Assembly (NCBI GenBank): GCA_015711895.1
Contig: JACVJH010000189.1
Coordinates: 1-33,976 of the forward strand
Source of the DNA: Candidatus Solincola tengchongensis
Lineage (GTDB): Bacteria > Actinomycetota > Geothermincolia > Geothermincolales > RBG-13-55-18
DNA length: 33,976 nucleotides
Direction: 5' to 3'
Below, in pieces: positions 7,608 to 15,452 of the stretch. The translations under genes and the position numbers were made by a program. The notes beneath the pieces are model-generated. The model had not been told where the DNA came from. It made no database searches and saw nothing but the letters and a program-made list of their open reading frames with translations. Within the stretch, counting starts at the first letter, position 1. Each line of letters starts with the position of its first letter.

Positions 7608-8714
7608 TTAGAGGGGGTGCGCGGCCTTCCGCGAAGCTGAGGGGTCGGCGTTTATCTCCCGCAGGAGCTTTATCTCCTCTTCCTTTTCGCCCCTGCCCTC
7701 CATGCCGTAGATGCGGGGCGTTATCACGGCCAGGAAGGCGTTCCCCACCCGGGGGTCGAACTGCACGCCGCTGTCGGCGGCTATCTCCTTCACCGCTTCC
7801 TTGACCTCCATGACGTCCCGGTAAGCCCTCCAGGAGGTCATGGCCACGAAGGCGTCGGCCACGCTCAGTATGCGCGCTCCCAGGGGAATGGATTCCCCCT
7901 TCAACCCGTCGGGATAACCCATCCCGTTCCACCACTCGTGGTGCCCGCGGACGATGGGGATGATCTCCCAGTTGGGCCTGATCGCCGAGAGCATCTCCGC
8001 ACCCAGCCTGGGATGCTGTTTGATCATCTCCTTGTCCGCGGGCACCAGTTCCCCGGCCCGGAAAGCGGCGTCCGAGAGCTGCCCCGCCACCTGGAGCATG
8101 CCGATGTCCATCAGGTTGGCCGCCCGCTCCACCAGGCGTACGTAATCCTCGTCCAGCTCCATGCGGCGGGCGATCTCCACGGCATAGAAGGCCACCCTCT
8201 TCCAATGACCCTTCATATGGGGCATCTTCTTCTCCAGCCTCTCATGCAGGTCGTCGGCTATGGCCACCAACTTGGATACTTCCAACATGGCGGTGAGATC
8301 TTCCATCTGGACGCGCAGGTCGTCGATGGTCCGGCGCAGCTCCTCGAAGACCTTGACGGACTGCCTGCTGTAGTCCTTCTCCCGCCTCATGAGATAGGCG
8401 GTGAAGGCCACGATGAGGAGGGCGAGGCTTATGCGGGTGAAGTTGTTGAAGTAGTCGGACCTGAAGAGTCCGCTGAGCGTCTCCAGGTTAAAAGCATAGA
8501 CCACAACGGCGATGCCCAGGATGAGGGTTATGAGCACGGCCAGGTAGAGGACGTCCCTGCGCCGCCTGTCGAACTGCTGAATCTGTTCCTCGTATACCGT
8601 TGAGGAAGCCCTGTCCTCTTTGCCGGTCTCTCCCGGCCGGGCCTTCTCCCTTCTCCTGAACATCATCGACTCCCTGAAACTCCAGGCCTCCAGGCGGGAC
8701 CCCTCCTTCTTCAT
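7608..8714 (-). CDS. Membrane-anchored HD-GYP domain protein (degenerate metal-ligand set)
   Basis: ORF 7608-8750. It has two predicted TM helices (VLYLAVLITLILGIAVVVYAF; ISLALLIVAFTAYLM), then a coiled-coil-like linker, then the HD-GYP region GHWKRV..NLMDIGM..HHEWWNGMGYPDGL..ADAFVAMTSWRAY. The start is uncertain (8750 GTG, 8714 ATG or 8666 ATG). Confidence 0.8.
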   Translation of the reverse strand: MKKEGSRLEAWSFRESMMFRRREKARPGETGKEDRASSTVYEEQIQQFDRRRRDVLYLAVLITLILGIAVVVYAFNLETLSGLFRSDYFNNFTRISLALLIVAFTAYLMRREKDYSRQSVKVFEELRRTIDDLRVQMEDLTAMLEVSKLVAIADDLHERLEKKMPHMKGHWKRVAFYAVEIARRMELDEDYVRLVERAANLMDIGMLQVAGQLSDAAFRAGELVPADKEMIKQHPRLGAEMLSAIRPNWEIIPIVRGHHEWWNGMGYPDGLKGESIPLGARILSVADAFVAMTSWRAYRDVMEVKEAVKEIAADSGVQFDPRVGNAFLAVITPRIYGMEGRGEKEEEIKLLREINADPSASRKAAHPL

Positions 8715-8878
8715 GCGCTCACAAGGTGGAAATCGGCGCCGCTGATTCACACCGCATCGCCCGGAAGGGTTATTGGAGGGCGATAAAAGGTGGAGAAATC
8801 CGGGGTCCGGCGGTCCGCTGTCCTTCTAAGGGCCCCTTTGGTCCTGAGCGGGTGGGGGAGCGAAAGGCCCTTTCAGGA

Positions 8879-8912
8879 TTCCCGAGCGCCGTATTGGGGT
8901 TCCCGAGTGCCG
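8879..8912. repeat. Two direct copies of TTCCCGAG(C/T)GCCG with 21-bp phasing
   Basis: Copies at 8879-8891 and 8900-8912, in the spacer between DUF488 and the HD-GYP gene. Confidence 0.6.
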
Positions 8913-8951
8913 CGGATGGGAGACGCGGTCCTCCCGTGCAGGGACGGAACC

Positions 8952-9455
8952 TCACGCCGGGCGGGCGCCGTTTTCCGGTCCGTCCGGGAGGAGGCTGGTT
9001 TGGAGGCCGGATGCCCTTGGGAGCCAGGAGCGACGGGCATCGAGGACGTGCACCACCTCCCACCCGCGGCTCTCCAGCGCTTCGGCGATGAAGCGCCGGT
9101 GGCATCTCCAGGGCAGGAGCTCGGCGCAGACCACAGCCGTGGCCGTCTCCTCCGCCGCTTTCTCCAATTCCTCGATACCCTTTCTGAATTCCGGGGTCTC
9201 CATGTGCACCCGGTAACCGCCCTTGCGGTACCCTCCGAGGAGTTCGCCCATCCAGCGGTAGTCGAGTCCATGTTCCTCCAGATGCGAGGAGAGCGCCTCA
9301 CGGGAGAAATGTGGGTATCTCCGGCTGGTCGGAAAGGACCTCACGTCGCATACACGGCGTATTCCCCAGGCGTCGAGCACCTCCAGGAACTCCCTGAAGG
9401 AACGTGTGCTGGTCCCCAGAGTGAAGATCCTCTTGCCCGCGTGGACGTCCTGCAT
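8952..9455 (-). CDS. DUF488 family protein
   Basis: ORF 8952-9512 trimmed to ATG 9453-9455 (MQDVHAGKRIFTLGTSTRSFREFLEVL..), which is preceded by GGGAGGT. The C-terminal CAELLPWRCHRRFIAE motif is typical of DUF488. Confidence 0.8.
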   Translation of the reverse strand: MQDVHAGKRIFTLGTSTRSFREFLEVLDAWGIRRVCDVRSFPTSRRYPHFSREALSSHLEEHGLDYRWMGELLGGYRKGGYRVHMETPEFRKGIEELEKAAEETATAVVCAELLPWRCHRRFIAEALESRGWEVVHVLDARRSWLPRASGLQTSLLPDGPENGARPA

Positions 9456-9508
9456 CCCGTCAACCTCCCGATTCAGGCCCTCTCTCGCCCGACCACCGCC
9501 GAGGAGGG

Positions 9509-9985
9509 TCATTCCCCGCCTTCCATCTTCGGCGCGCCTCCCTCCTCCGATCCCTCCCCGGTTCCCTCGATGATGGCGGCGGCCTTTTTCAGTATCTCTC
9601 GCTCCCCTTTATAGGACAGGGCCTGAAGGGCCCGCTCGATGGGCATCCATTCGACCCCCTCAACCTCCCAGTCGTGGCCCTCCTCGCTTCCCCCGCGGTA
9701 ACGGAGAAGGTAGAAGTGTACCAGCTTGAAGTAACGGGTGTCCTCCTCGGGGGAATAGTAATAGTAACGGATATAGCCCAGTGGAGCCACCGGTTCACCC
9801 TCCATGCCGGTCTCCTCCCGGACCTCACGGACGGCAGTCTCCTGCGGGTCCTCCCCCTCCTCCACCAGTCCTTTGGGCAAGGCATGGACCTTCCCGTCCT
9901 TCAGCCTGATGAGGGCCACCTGGTACCCTTCGCCGGAAGGGCGGAAGAGGACTCCCCCAGAGGATATCTGCCTGCCGTACCGCAT
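9509..9985 (-). CDS. NUDIX hydrolase
   Basis: Canonical Nudix box GLVEEGEDPQETAVREVREETGM (Gx5Ex7REUxEExGU). Confidence 0.9.
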   Translation of the reverse strand: MRYGRQISSGGVLFRPSGEGYQVALIRLKDGKVHALPKGLVEEGEDPQETAVREVREETGMEGEPVAPLGYIRYYYYSPEEDTRYFKLVHFYLLRYRGGSEEGHDWEVEGVEWMPIERALQALSYKGEREILKKAAAIIEGTGEGSEEGGAPKMEGGE

Positions 9986-10275
9986 GGCCTTTCATCCCTT
10001 CCCTCGGATACGGCCGGGCTTTGTCCGGAATGGCCGGATATGGTGTGCCGGTCCTCCCAAGCCCCCTTACTCATTAAACATCATGGTGGGCGGCATGGGA
10101 ACGGTGCGCATCGTGGGAACGGCCTTCCGCCGACCTCGCGGTAGCCCACTACACGGAAGAAAATCCCCAAGAAGGAAGGTTTCCCGCACGGCCACCCTCC
10201 ACCGCATCACACTCCTCCGGGGGCGGGAACGGACTTCGGGCGGTGGCGTTGAACATAGGCTCGAGACGGGGCGTC

Positions 10276-10305
10276 TTAACCGTTGCAGCTTGGATATGGT
10301 ATTTT
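10276..10305 (+). promoter_or_regulatory. Candidate promoter: TTAACC-18-TGgTATTTT (extended -10)
   Basis: AT-rich island about 55 nt upstream of the lipoprotein gene start. Confidence 0.4.
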
Positions 10306-10359
10306 TAAGGCGGCTTTCCCGGGACCGGTTCTGCCCGGGCATGAGGCGAGGGGAGGAAT

Positions 10360-11226
10360 ATGCGGCACTGGAGACTTATAAGTGCGGCTGGCCTGCTTTT
10401 TCTGGGTCTTTGCCTGGTGCTGGGGGCCGCAGCTTGCGGGAACAGGAATCCCGAGGGCCTTCTCAAGAGGGAGGTCCCGGAGAACGCCACCCCGGAGAAG
10501 ATAATGCTGGAGGGGTTGAACGCCACGGACGAGGTGAACTCCCTCCACTACGTCTTCGATTACGCCTTCATCGTACCCCCGACGGGAAAGCAGCCCTACA
10601 CGGCGGAGGTCAGGCTGACCGGCGAGGGGGACTACGACGCGGCCACTGAGAACGCCAAGGCCCGCCTGGTCTGGTCCACCTTCAACAAGGAATTCGAATA
10701 CGTCCTCTTCGATGGGGTACAGTACTTCCGCGCCGTGGACGGCGACAGGTGGTACGAGCTTCCGGGAGAATCCACACTGCGTATCCCCAGCGTATCGGAG
10801 ATCGCCAGGAACACTGCGGAGTATCTGGACAATTTCCAGAAGATAACCCGCCTCCAGGACGAGATGGTAGAGGGTAGGGACTGCTATCACATAGCCATGG
10901 TCCCCAATTTTGACGCCATCATGGAGGACGAGGAGTTCCTGAACATGATCCGGGGGGAGGGCGAGCTGGGCGAGTCCAAGCTCGCCGAGCTGGAGAGGAT
11001 AAAGGAACAGCTCAAGGAGGCCAGCGTCAATTACGAGTACTGGTTCGACAAGGAGTACCTGGTCCTCAGGCGGACCCTGTACAACATAGAGATGGTTCAG
11101 AAGGGTGAGGGCGACACCCCTCCCTATACGGTCAAGGTGATCATGGAGATCGCCTTTCCCCTCTACAACCAGAAGGTGGAGATATCCAAACCGGAGAACA
11201 CGCTTCTCTACAAGGAATCCTGGTAA
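10360..11226 (+). CDS. Lipoprotein of unknown function (LolA/LppX-like size class)
   Basis: Signal peptide plus lipobox, LFLGLCLVLGAAAC|G. SD gaggggagg. Paralogous to the next gene. Confidence 0.75.
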   Translation: MRHWRLISAAGLLFLGLCLVLGAAACGNRNPEGLLKREVPENATPEKIMLEGLNATDEVNSLHYVFDYAFIVPPTGKQPYTAEVRLTGEGDYDAATENAKARLVWSTFNKEFEYVLFDGVQYFRAVDGDRWYELPGESTLRIPSVSEIARNTAEYLDNFQKITRLQDEMVEGRDCYHIAMVPNFDAIMEDEEFLNMIRGEGELGESKLAELERIKEQLKEASVNYEYWFDKEYLVLRRTLYNIEMVQKGEGDTPPYTVKVIMEIAFPLYNQKVEISKPENTLLYKESW

Positions 11227-11244
11227 GGCATAAGGAGCGGAGCT

Positions 11245-12066
11245 TTGCGAAAACCCGTTTCCGAGTTCGTGACCGCTGCGGCCTGTGCCCTTTTCCTGCT
11301 TGCCTCTCTGGCCCTGGGCTCTTCGGGCTGCGGGAAGGAAGAGCGTGATTATTCGAAGGACCTGCTTGCAGCCGCGACCGCGCTGTCGGAGGAGGAAAGC
11401 GCACACGCCCTGGTCAACGCCGCGGTATCTCCCCTGGAGGGAGAGAGCGGGATGGCCGTGAGCGTCCAAGGTGACGCCTGGATCGACCTGCGCGAGCCGG
11501 CCCTGGAGGCCCGCTTCACCGTCCTGGGCATGGAGATCTCTCTGCGGTACACGCAAGGGCATGCCTACCTCAAGGCGGGGGGCAACTGGTACTCCCTCTC
11601 CGCGGAGGGCATGGGGGTGAGCGAGAAATTGCCCTCCTCCCTGATGGGCGTGGTGAAGACCCTGCCGGAATTGCTCTCCGCCTCCGTGAGCGTGGATTAC
11701 CTTGGAGAGAGGAAAGTGGGCTCCTTTGACTGCGCGGAGCTCGAGGTATACCCGGATTTCAAGAGCCTTTCGGAGGTGGAGCAGGTGGGAAGGCTGGCCG
11801 AGGACCTCGGCCTCACTCCCGAGGAGCTGCAGGAGATCCTCTCCGGCTCGAACCTGGAGATGAGGGTCTGCATCCAGAAGGGCAAACCGGTCATCAGGCA
11901 GGTATATGTTGCCGCCGACGTGAGCCTCTCTTCCTTCAACGAAGAGCTGGGCCTGGGCCTCCTCCCGGAGAAAGGGCGCCTGGAGCTCACCGCCGAGTTT
12001 CCGGAATACGGCGTGGAGGTCGCCGTGGAGGCTCCCCCCGAGGCTCGACCTTTCAAGGGCCTCTGA
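11245..12066 (+). CDS. Lipoprotein of unknown function, paralog of 10360-11226
   Basis: TTG start 6 nt after AAGGAG. Lipobox LALGSSGC. Shared blocks include ERKVGSFDCAELEVYPDF versus EMVEGRDCYHIAMVPNFD. Confidence 0.7.
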   Translation: MRKPVSEFVTAAACALFLLASLALGSSGCGKEERDYSKDLLAAATALSEEESAHALVNAAVSPLEGESGMAVSVQGDAWIDLREPALEARFTVLGMEISLRYTQGHAYLKAGGNWYSLSAEGMGVSEKLPSSLMGVVKTLPELLSASVSVDYLGERKVGSFDCAELEVYPDFKSLSEVEQVGRLAEDLGLTPEELQEILSGSNLEMRVCIQKGKPVIRQVYVAADVSLSSFNEELGLGLLPEKGRLELTAEFPEYGVEVAVEAPPEARPFKGL

Positions 12067-12237
12067 GCCGGAGGCCATACGCTGTGCTCGGAAATCGGAA
12101 GGCTCCGGATCCGGAACTGTGACTCCTGAGCACCACCGCCTCTCGAAGCTTCGCCCGTTCCCACCTAACCGGGCTACAGGAGAAGCCGTGGGCCGGCGAG
12201 GAAGGCCACACCTCTCGTTTAACGCCATGGCGAGGCC

Positions 12238-12266
12238 ATGACTACGCGCCCCGCGGATGGTAATAT
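12238..12266 (+). promoter_or_regulatory. Candidate glyQS promoter: ATGACT-17-TGgTAATAT
   Basis: -35-like hexamer at 12238-12243 and extended -10 at 12258-12266, about 30 nt before the glyQ ATG, which has the SD GGAGGTGGAG. Confidence 0.5.
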
Positions 12267-12296
12267 AGCCGTGATCGAAGCCCGGAGGTGGAGTCC

Positions 12297-13172
12297 ATGC
12301 ATTTTCAGGACATGATCATGGCCCTCCAGTCCTACTGGACGGAGAGGGGTTGCGTCCTCGTGCAGCCCTACGACGTGGAGGTGGGGGCGGGGACCTTCAA
12401 CCCGGCCACTTTCCTTCGCGCCCTAGGGCCGGAACCGTGGAAGGTGGCCTACGTGGAGCCGTCAAGGCGCCCCACCGACGGGCGTTACGCCGAGAACCCC
12501 AACCGCCTCCACCAGCACACCCAGTTCCAGGTCATCCTCAAGCCCTCGCCCCACGACGTGCAGGACGTATACCTGGACTCCCTGTGCGCCCTGGGAATCG
12601 ACCCCACGGAGCACGACGTGCGTTTCGTGGAGGACGACTGGGAGAGCCCCACCCTGGGAGCCTGGGGGCTGGGGTGGGAGGTCTGGTTGGACGGGATGGA
12701 GATCACCCAGTTCACCTATTTCCAGCAGGTCGGCTCCCTCGACTGCCGGCCGGTCTCCGTGGAGCTCACCTATGGCATGGAGAGGCTGGCCATGTATGTG
12801 CAGGGAGTGGACAACGTCTTCGACCTGAGCTGGAACGGGGAGCTCACCTACGGGGACCTGCAGAGGCAGGCGGAGGTGGAGTGGAGCGTGTACTGCTTCG
12901 ACGAGGCGGACACGGAGATGGCCTTCCAACTCTTCGAGCGCTACGAGGCCGAGGCCCGAAGGCTCCTGGAGAGGAACCTGGTCCTTCCGGCCTATGACTG
13001 CGTGCTCAAGTGCTCCCATCTCTTCAATATCCTAGACGCTCGGGGGGTGATCAGCGTCACCGAGCGCACCGGTTACATCGCCAGGGTCAGGGAGCTGGCC
13101 CGGGGAACGGCCTCCGCCTACCTGGCGCAGAGGGAGGCCCTGGGTTTCCCCTTGCTCCGGGAGGGATGCTGA
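12297..13172 (+). CDS. glyQ: Glycine--tRNA ligase alpha subunit
   Basis: [48 protein letters not shown].. is highly diagnostic of GlyQ. Confidence 0.97.
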   Translation: MHFQDMIMALQSYWTERGCVLVQPYDVEVGAGTFNPATFLRALGPEPWKVAYVEPSRRPTDGRYAENPNRLHQHTQFQVILKPSPHDVQDVYLDSLCALGIDPTEHDVRFVEDDWESPTLGAWGLGWEVWLDGMEITQFTYFQQVGSLDCRPVSVELTYGMERLAMYVQGVDNVFDLSWNGELTYGDLQRQAEVEWSVYCFDEADTEMAFQLFERYEAEARRLLERNLVLPAYDCVLKCSHLFNILDARGVISVTERTGYIARVRELARGTASAYLAQREALGFPLLREGC

Positions 13173-15260
13173 ATGGCCGAGACGGGGGCCAGGGACCTTC
13201 TCCTGGAGATAGGCACCGAGGAGCTCCCCTGGGGGGCGGTCCAGGAGGGGAGGAAGCAGCTCCACGACAACCTGCTTCAGATCCTGAAGAGGGAACGCCT
13301 GGAACACGGGGAGATCCATGTCTTCTCCACGCCGCGACGCCTGGCGGCGCTGGTGGAGGACCTGGCGGAAAGGCAGGAAGAATACCAGGAATTGGTAAAA
13401 GGGCCGCGGCGTGACGCGGCCTTCGACGAGAGGGGCAACCCCACGGCCGCCGCGGAGGGATTCGCCCGCGCCCGGGGTGTGCGGGTCGAGGATCTGGTGG
13501 TCAGGGAGACGGAGAAGGGGGAGTTCGTCTTCGCCGAGGTCCGGGAGGAGGGCCGAAGGACCCTGGATATCCTGCCCGGGCTGGTCGATGAGGTGCTCCG
13601 GTCCTTCTCCTTCCGAAAATCCATGCGCTGGGGGGAGGGGGAGTTCCGTTTCGCCCGTCCCGTGCGCTGGCTGGTGGTGCTCTACGGGGAGGAGGTGGTC
13701 CCCGTGGATTTCGAGGGGCTGCGTGCGGGGAGGTCGAGCCGGGGACACCGTTTCCTGTCCTCGGGCGAGGTGGAGATATCGACGCCACGCGGCTATCCGG
13801 AGGCCCTGCGTCGGGCCCGGGTGCTGGCGGACGAGGAGGAACGCCGGAAGGCCATACTGGACGGGGTGGAGGAAGCTCTCTCCTCGCGGGGGCTGCGCGC
13901 CGTGCCCTCCGGGGAGACCCTGGACGAGGTGGTGGACCTGGTGGAATATCCCCACGTTCTCCTGGGACGCTTCGAGGAGCGTTTCCTCGAGCTCCCGCGC
14001 GAGGTCCTGGAAACGGCCATGCAGGAGCACCAGCGGTACTTCCCGGTCGAGGACGCGGAGGGCCAGCTGGCACCCGCCTTCCTGGTGGTGCACAACGGCG
14101 ACCCCGCCAAGGAGGAGGTCATCCGCCGGGGGCATGAGAGGGTGCTGCGGGCACGCCTGGAGGATGCTTCCTTTTTCTACCAGGAGGACCTGAAGCGGAC
14201 CCTGGAGGACCGGCTGCCGGACCTGAGATCGGTGGTCTGGCAGGCCAGGTTGGGGAACCTATACGAGAAGTCCCTGCGCCTGGTCGGACTGTGCGATGAG
14301 ATCTGCCGCTCCGCCCACCTTCCCGAGGAGACGGCGGAGAAGGCCCGGAGGGCGGCCCTGCTCTGCAAAGCCGACCTGGTGACTTCCATGGTCGTCGAGT
14401 TCACCTCCCTGCAGGGCATAATGGGGCGCATCTACGCCCTGGCGGCGGGGGAGGACGCGGAGACGGCTGCGGCCATCGAGGAACATTACCTCCCGCGCTT
14501 CGCCGGTGACCGCCTCCCGGAGACCCTTCCGGGCGCGGTGCTCTGCCTGGCGGAGAAGGTGGACAACCTCACCGGATGCTTCGGTGTGGGGCTTATCCCC
14601 AGCGGGTCGGAGGATCCCTATGCCCTGCGGCGCCAGGCGGTGGCCGTGCTCTCCGTGGCGGTGGGAAAGGGCTTGCACCTGGATTTCTCCTCCCTCCTCG
14701 CCACGGCGGCGGAGAGGTTCGGTTTCGCCCGTCCCGATGCTGTGGCCGCGGAGGTGGGCGAGTTCTGCCGGCAGCGGTGGCGACAGGCGCTCCTCGGTGA
14801 GGGATTCGACTACGACCTGGTGGCCGCGGTCCTGGACCTGGCCCTCAGGGACCCCTACGAGGCCCGCCTGCGGCTGGAAGCCCTTCAGGAGGCGCGAGCC
14901 GACGGCCGGCTGCAGAGGGCTTACACCGGCGTCGAGCGCTGCCACGCCCTCTCCAGCCCGGCGGAGGGCGCGGAGCTGGACGCGGACCTGCTCCAGGAGG
15001 AGGCGGAGCGCAACCTCTACTCCAGGCTCACCTGGGCCCAGGAGCCCCTGCGCGGGTATCTGGACGCGGGAGAGTATCACGCCGCCCTGGGGGTGCTCCT
15101 GGAACTGGCGCCGGACATCGACCGCTTCTTCGACGAGATATTCGTCATGGGAGAGGACCGGCGGTTGCGCGAAAACCGGCTGGCGCTCCTCAAGATGACC
15201 GCTTCCCTCTTCCTCGAGTTTGCCGATTTCACGCAGGTGGTCACCGAGGGTGAACGCTGA
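13173..15260 (+). CDS. glyS: Glycine--tRNA ligase beta subunit
   Basis: 695 aa. It starts immediately after the glyQ stop and has GlyS-type blocks (LLLEIGTEELP.., HRFLS.., QRYFPV..). Confidence 0.95.
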   Translation: MAETGARDLLLEIGTEELPWGAVQEGRKQLHDNLLQILKRERLEHGEIHVFSTPRRLAALVEDLAERQEEYQELVKGPRRDAAFDERGNPTAAAEGFARARGVRVEDLVVRETEKGEFVFAEVREEGRRTLDILPGLVDEVLRSFSFRKSMRWGEGEFRFARPVRWLVVLYGEEVVPVDFEGLRAGRSSRGHRFLSSGEVEISTPRGYPEALRRARVLADEEERRKAILDGVEEALSSRGLRAVPSGETLDEVVDLVEYPHVLLGRFEERFLELPREVLETAMQEHQRYFPVEDAEGQLAPAFLVVHNGDPAKEEVIRRGHERVLRARLEDASFFYQEDLKRTLEDRLPDLRSVVWQARLGNLYEKSLRLVGLCDEICRSAHLPEETAEKARRAALLCKADLVTSMVVEFTSLQGIMGRIYALAAGEDAETAAAIEEHYLPRFAGDRLPETLPGAVLCLAEKVDNLTGCFGVGLIPSGSEDPYALRRQAVAVLSVAVGKGLHLDFSSLLATAAERFGFARPDAVAAEVGEFCRQRWRQALLGEGFDYDLVAAVLDLALRDPYEARLRLEALQEARADGRLQRAYTGVERCHALSSPAEGAELDADLLQEEAERNLYSRLTWAQEPLRGYLDAGEYHAALGVLLELAPDIDRFFDEIFVMGEDRRLRENRLALLKMTASLFLEFADFTQVVTEGER

Positions 15261-15267
15261 CTGCGCG

Positions 15268-15307
15268 GGCCATGATTGTTTCTCCGCAGGCCATGATTGT
15301 TTATAAT
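15268..15307 (+). promoter_or_regulatory. Direct repeat GGCCATGATTGTTT x2 (21-bp phasing) abutting a TATAAT box
   Basis: Copies at 15268-15281 and 15289-15302, with TATAAT at 15302-15307, in the glyS-ppdK spacer. Confidence 0.45.
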
Positions 15308-15319
15308 TTTTCCATTATT

Positions 15320-15392
15320 CCGTCCCGTCCGGAGGGCCTCCCGCCCGGGGAGGCGGAGGCCGCCCGGACGGCGGGCGGTGGGGACGGGACGG
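15320..15392 (+). other. Very GC-rich branched stem-loop in the ppdK leader / glyS 3' region
   Basis: Outer stem CCGTCCCGTCC/GGACGGGACGG (11 bp) encloses two hairpins: GGCCTCC..GGAGGCC (15335-15361) and GCCCG..CGGGC (15362-15376). Confidence 0.5.
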
Positions 15393-15452
15393 TGTGTATT
15401 CCGGAAGCCGCTGAGAGGTAAAGAGTTGAAGGAAGGCGAGGGGGAATCGGAG

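Noticed and set aside
10276-12228. 650-aa minus-strand ORF over both lipoprotein genes; likewise 62-1426 (+), 3923-5410 (-), 5689-6714 (-), 13032-14135 (-), 21894-23105 (-) and 30270-31424 (+)
   Set aside because: Each lies opposite a gene with clear family signatures and has shadow-ORF composition. None has a plausible SD and start context.
12067-12296. Possible T-box leader upstream of glyQS
   Set aside because: There is no T-box sequence (AAnnnGGGTGGTACCGCG-like) and no specifier or terminator arrangement. The predicted promoter leaves only a ~30-nt leader.
15297-15452. N-terminal extensions offered by the ORF track (ppdK from 15297, ftsH to 31874, FixC-like from 2612, 4Fe-4S protein to 5613, beta-propeller to 24554, dnaG from 20238, DUF488 to 9512)
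   Set aside because: The extensions are R/P/G-rich and overlap upstream genes or promoters. Internal starts have good SDs (or a -10 box) and reproduce the canonical N-termini of the families.
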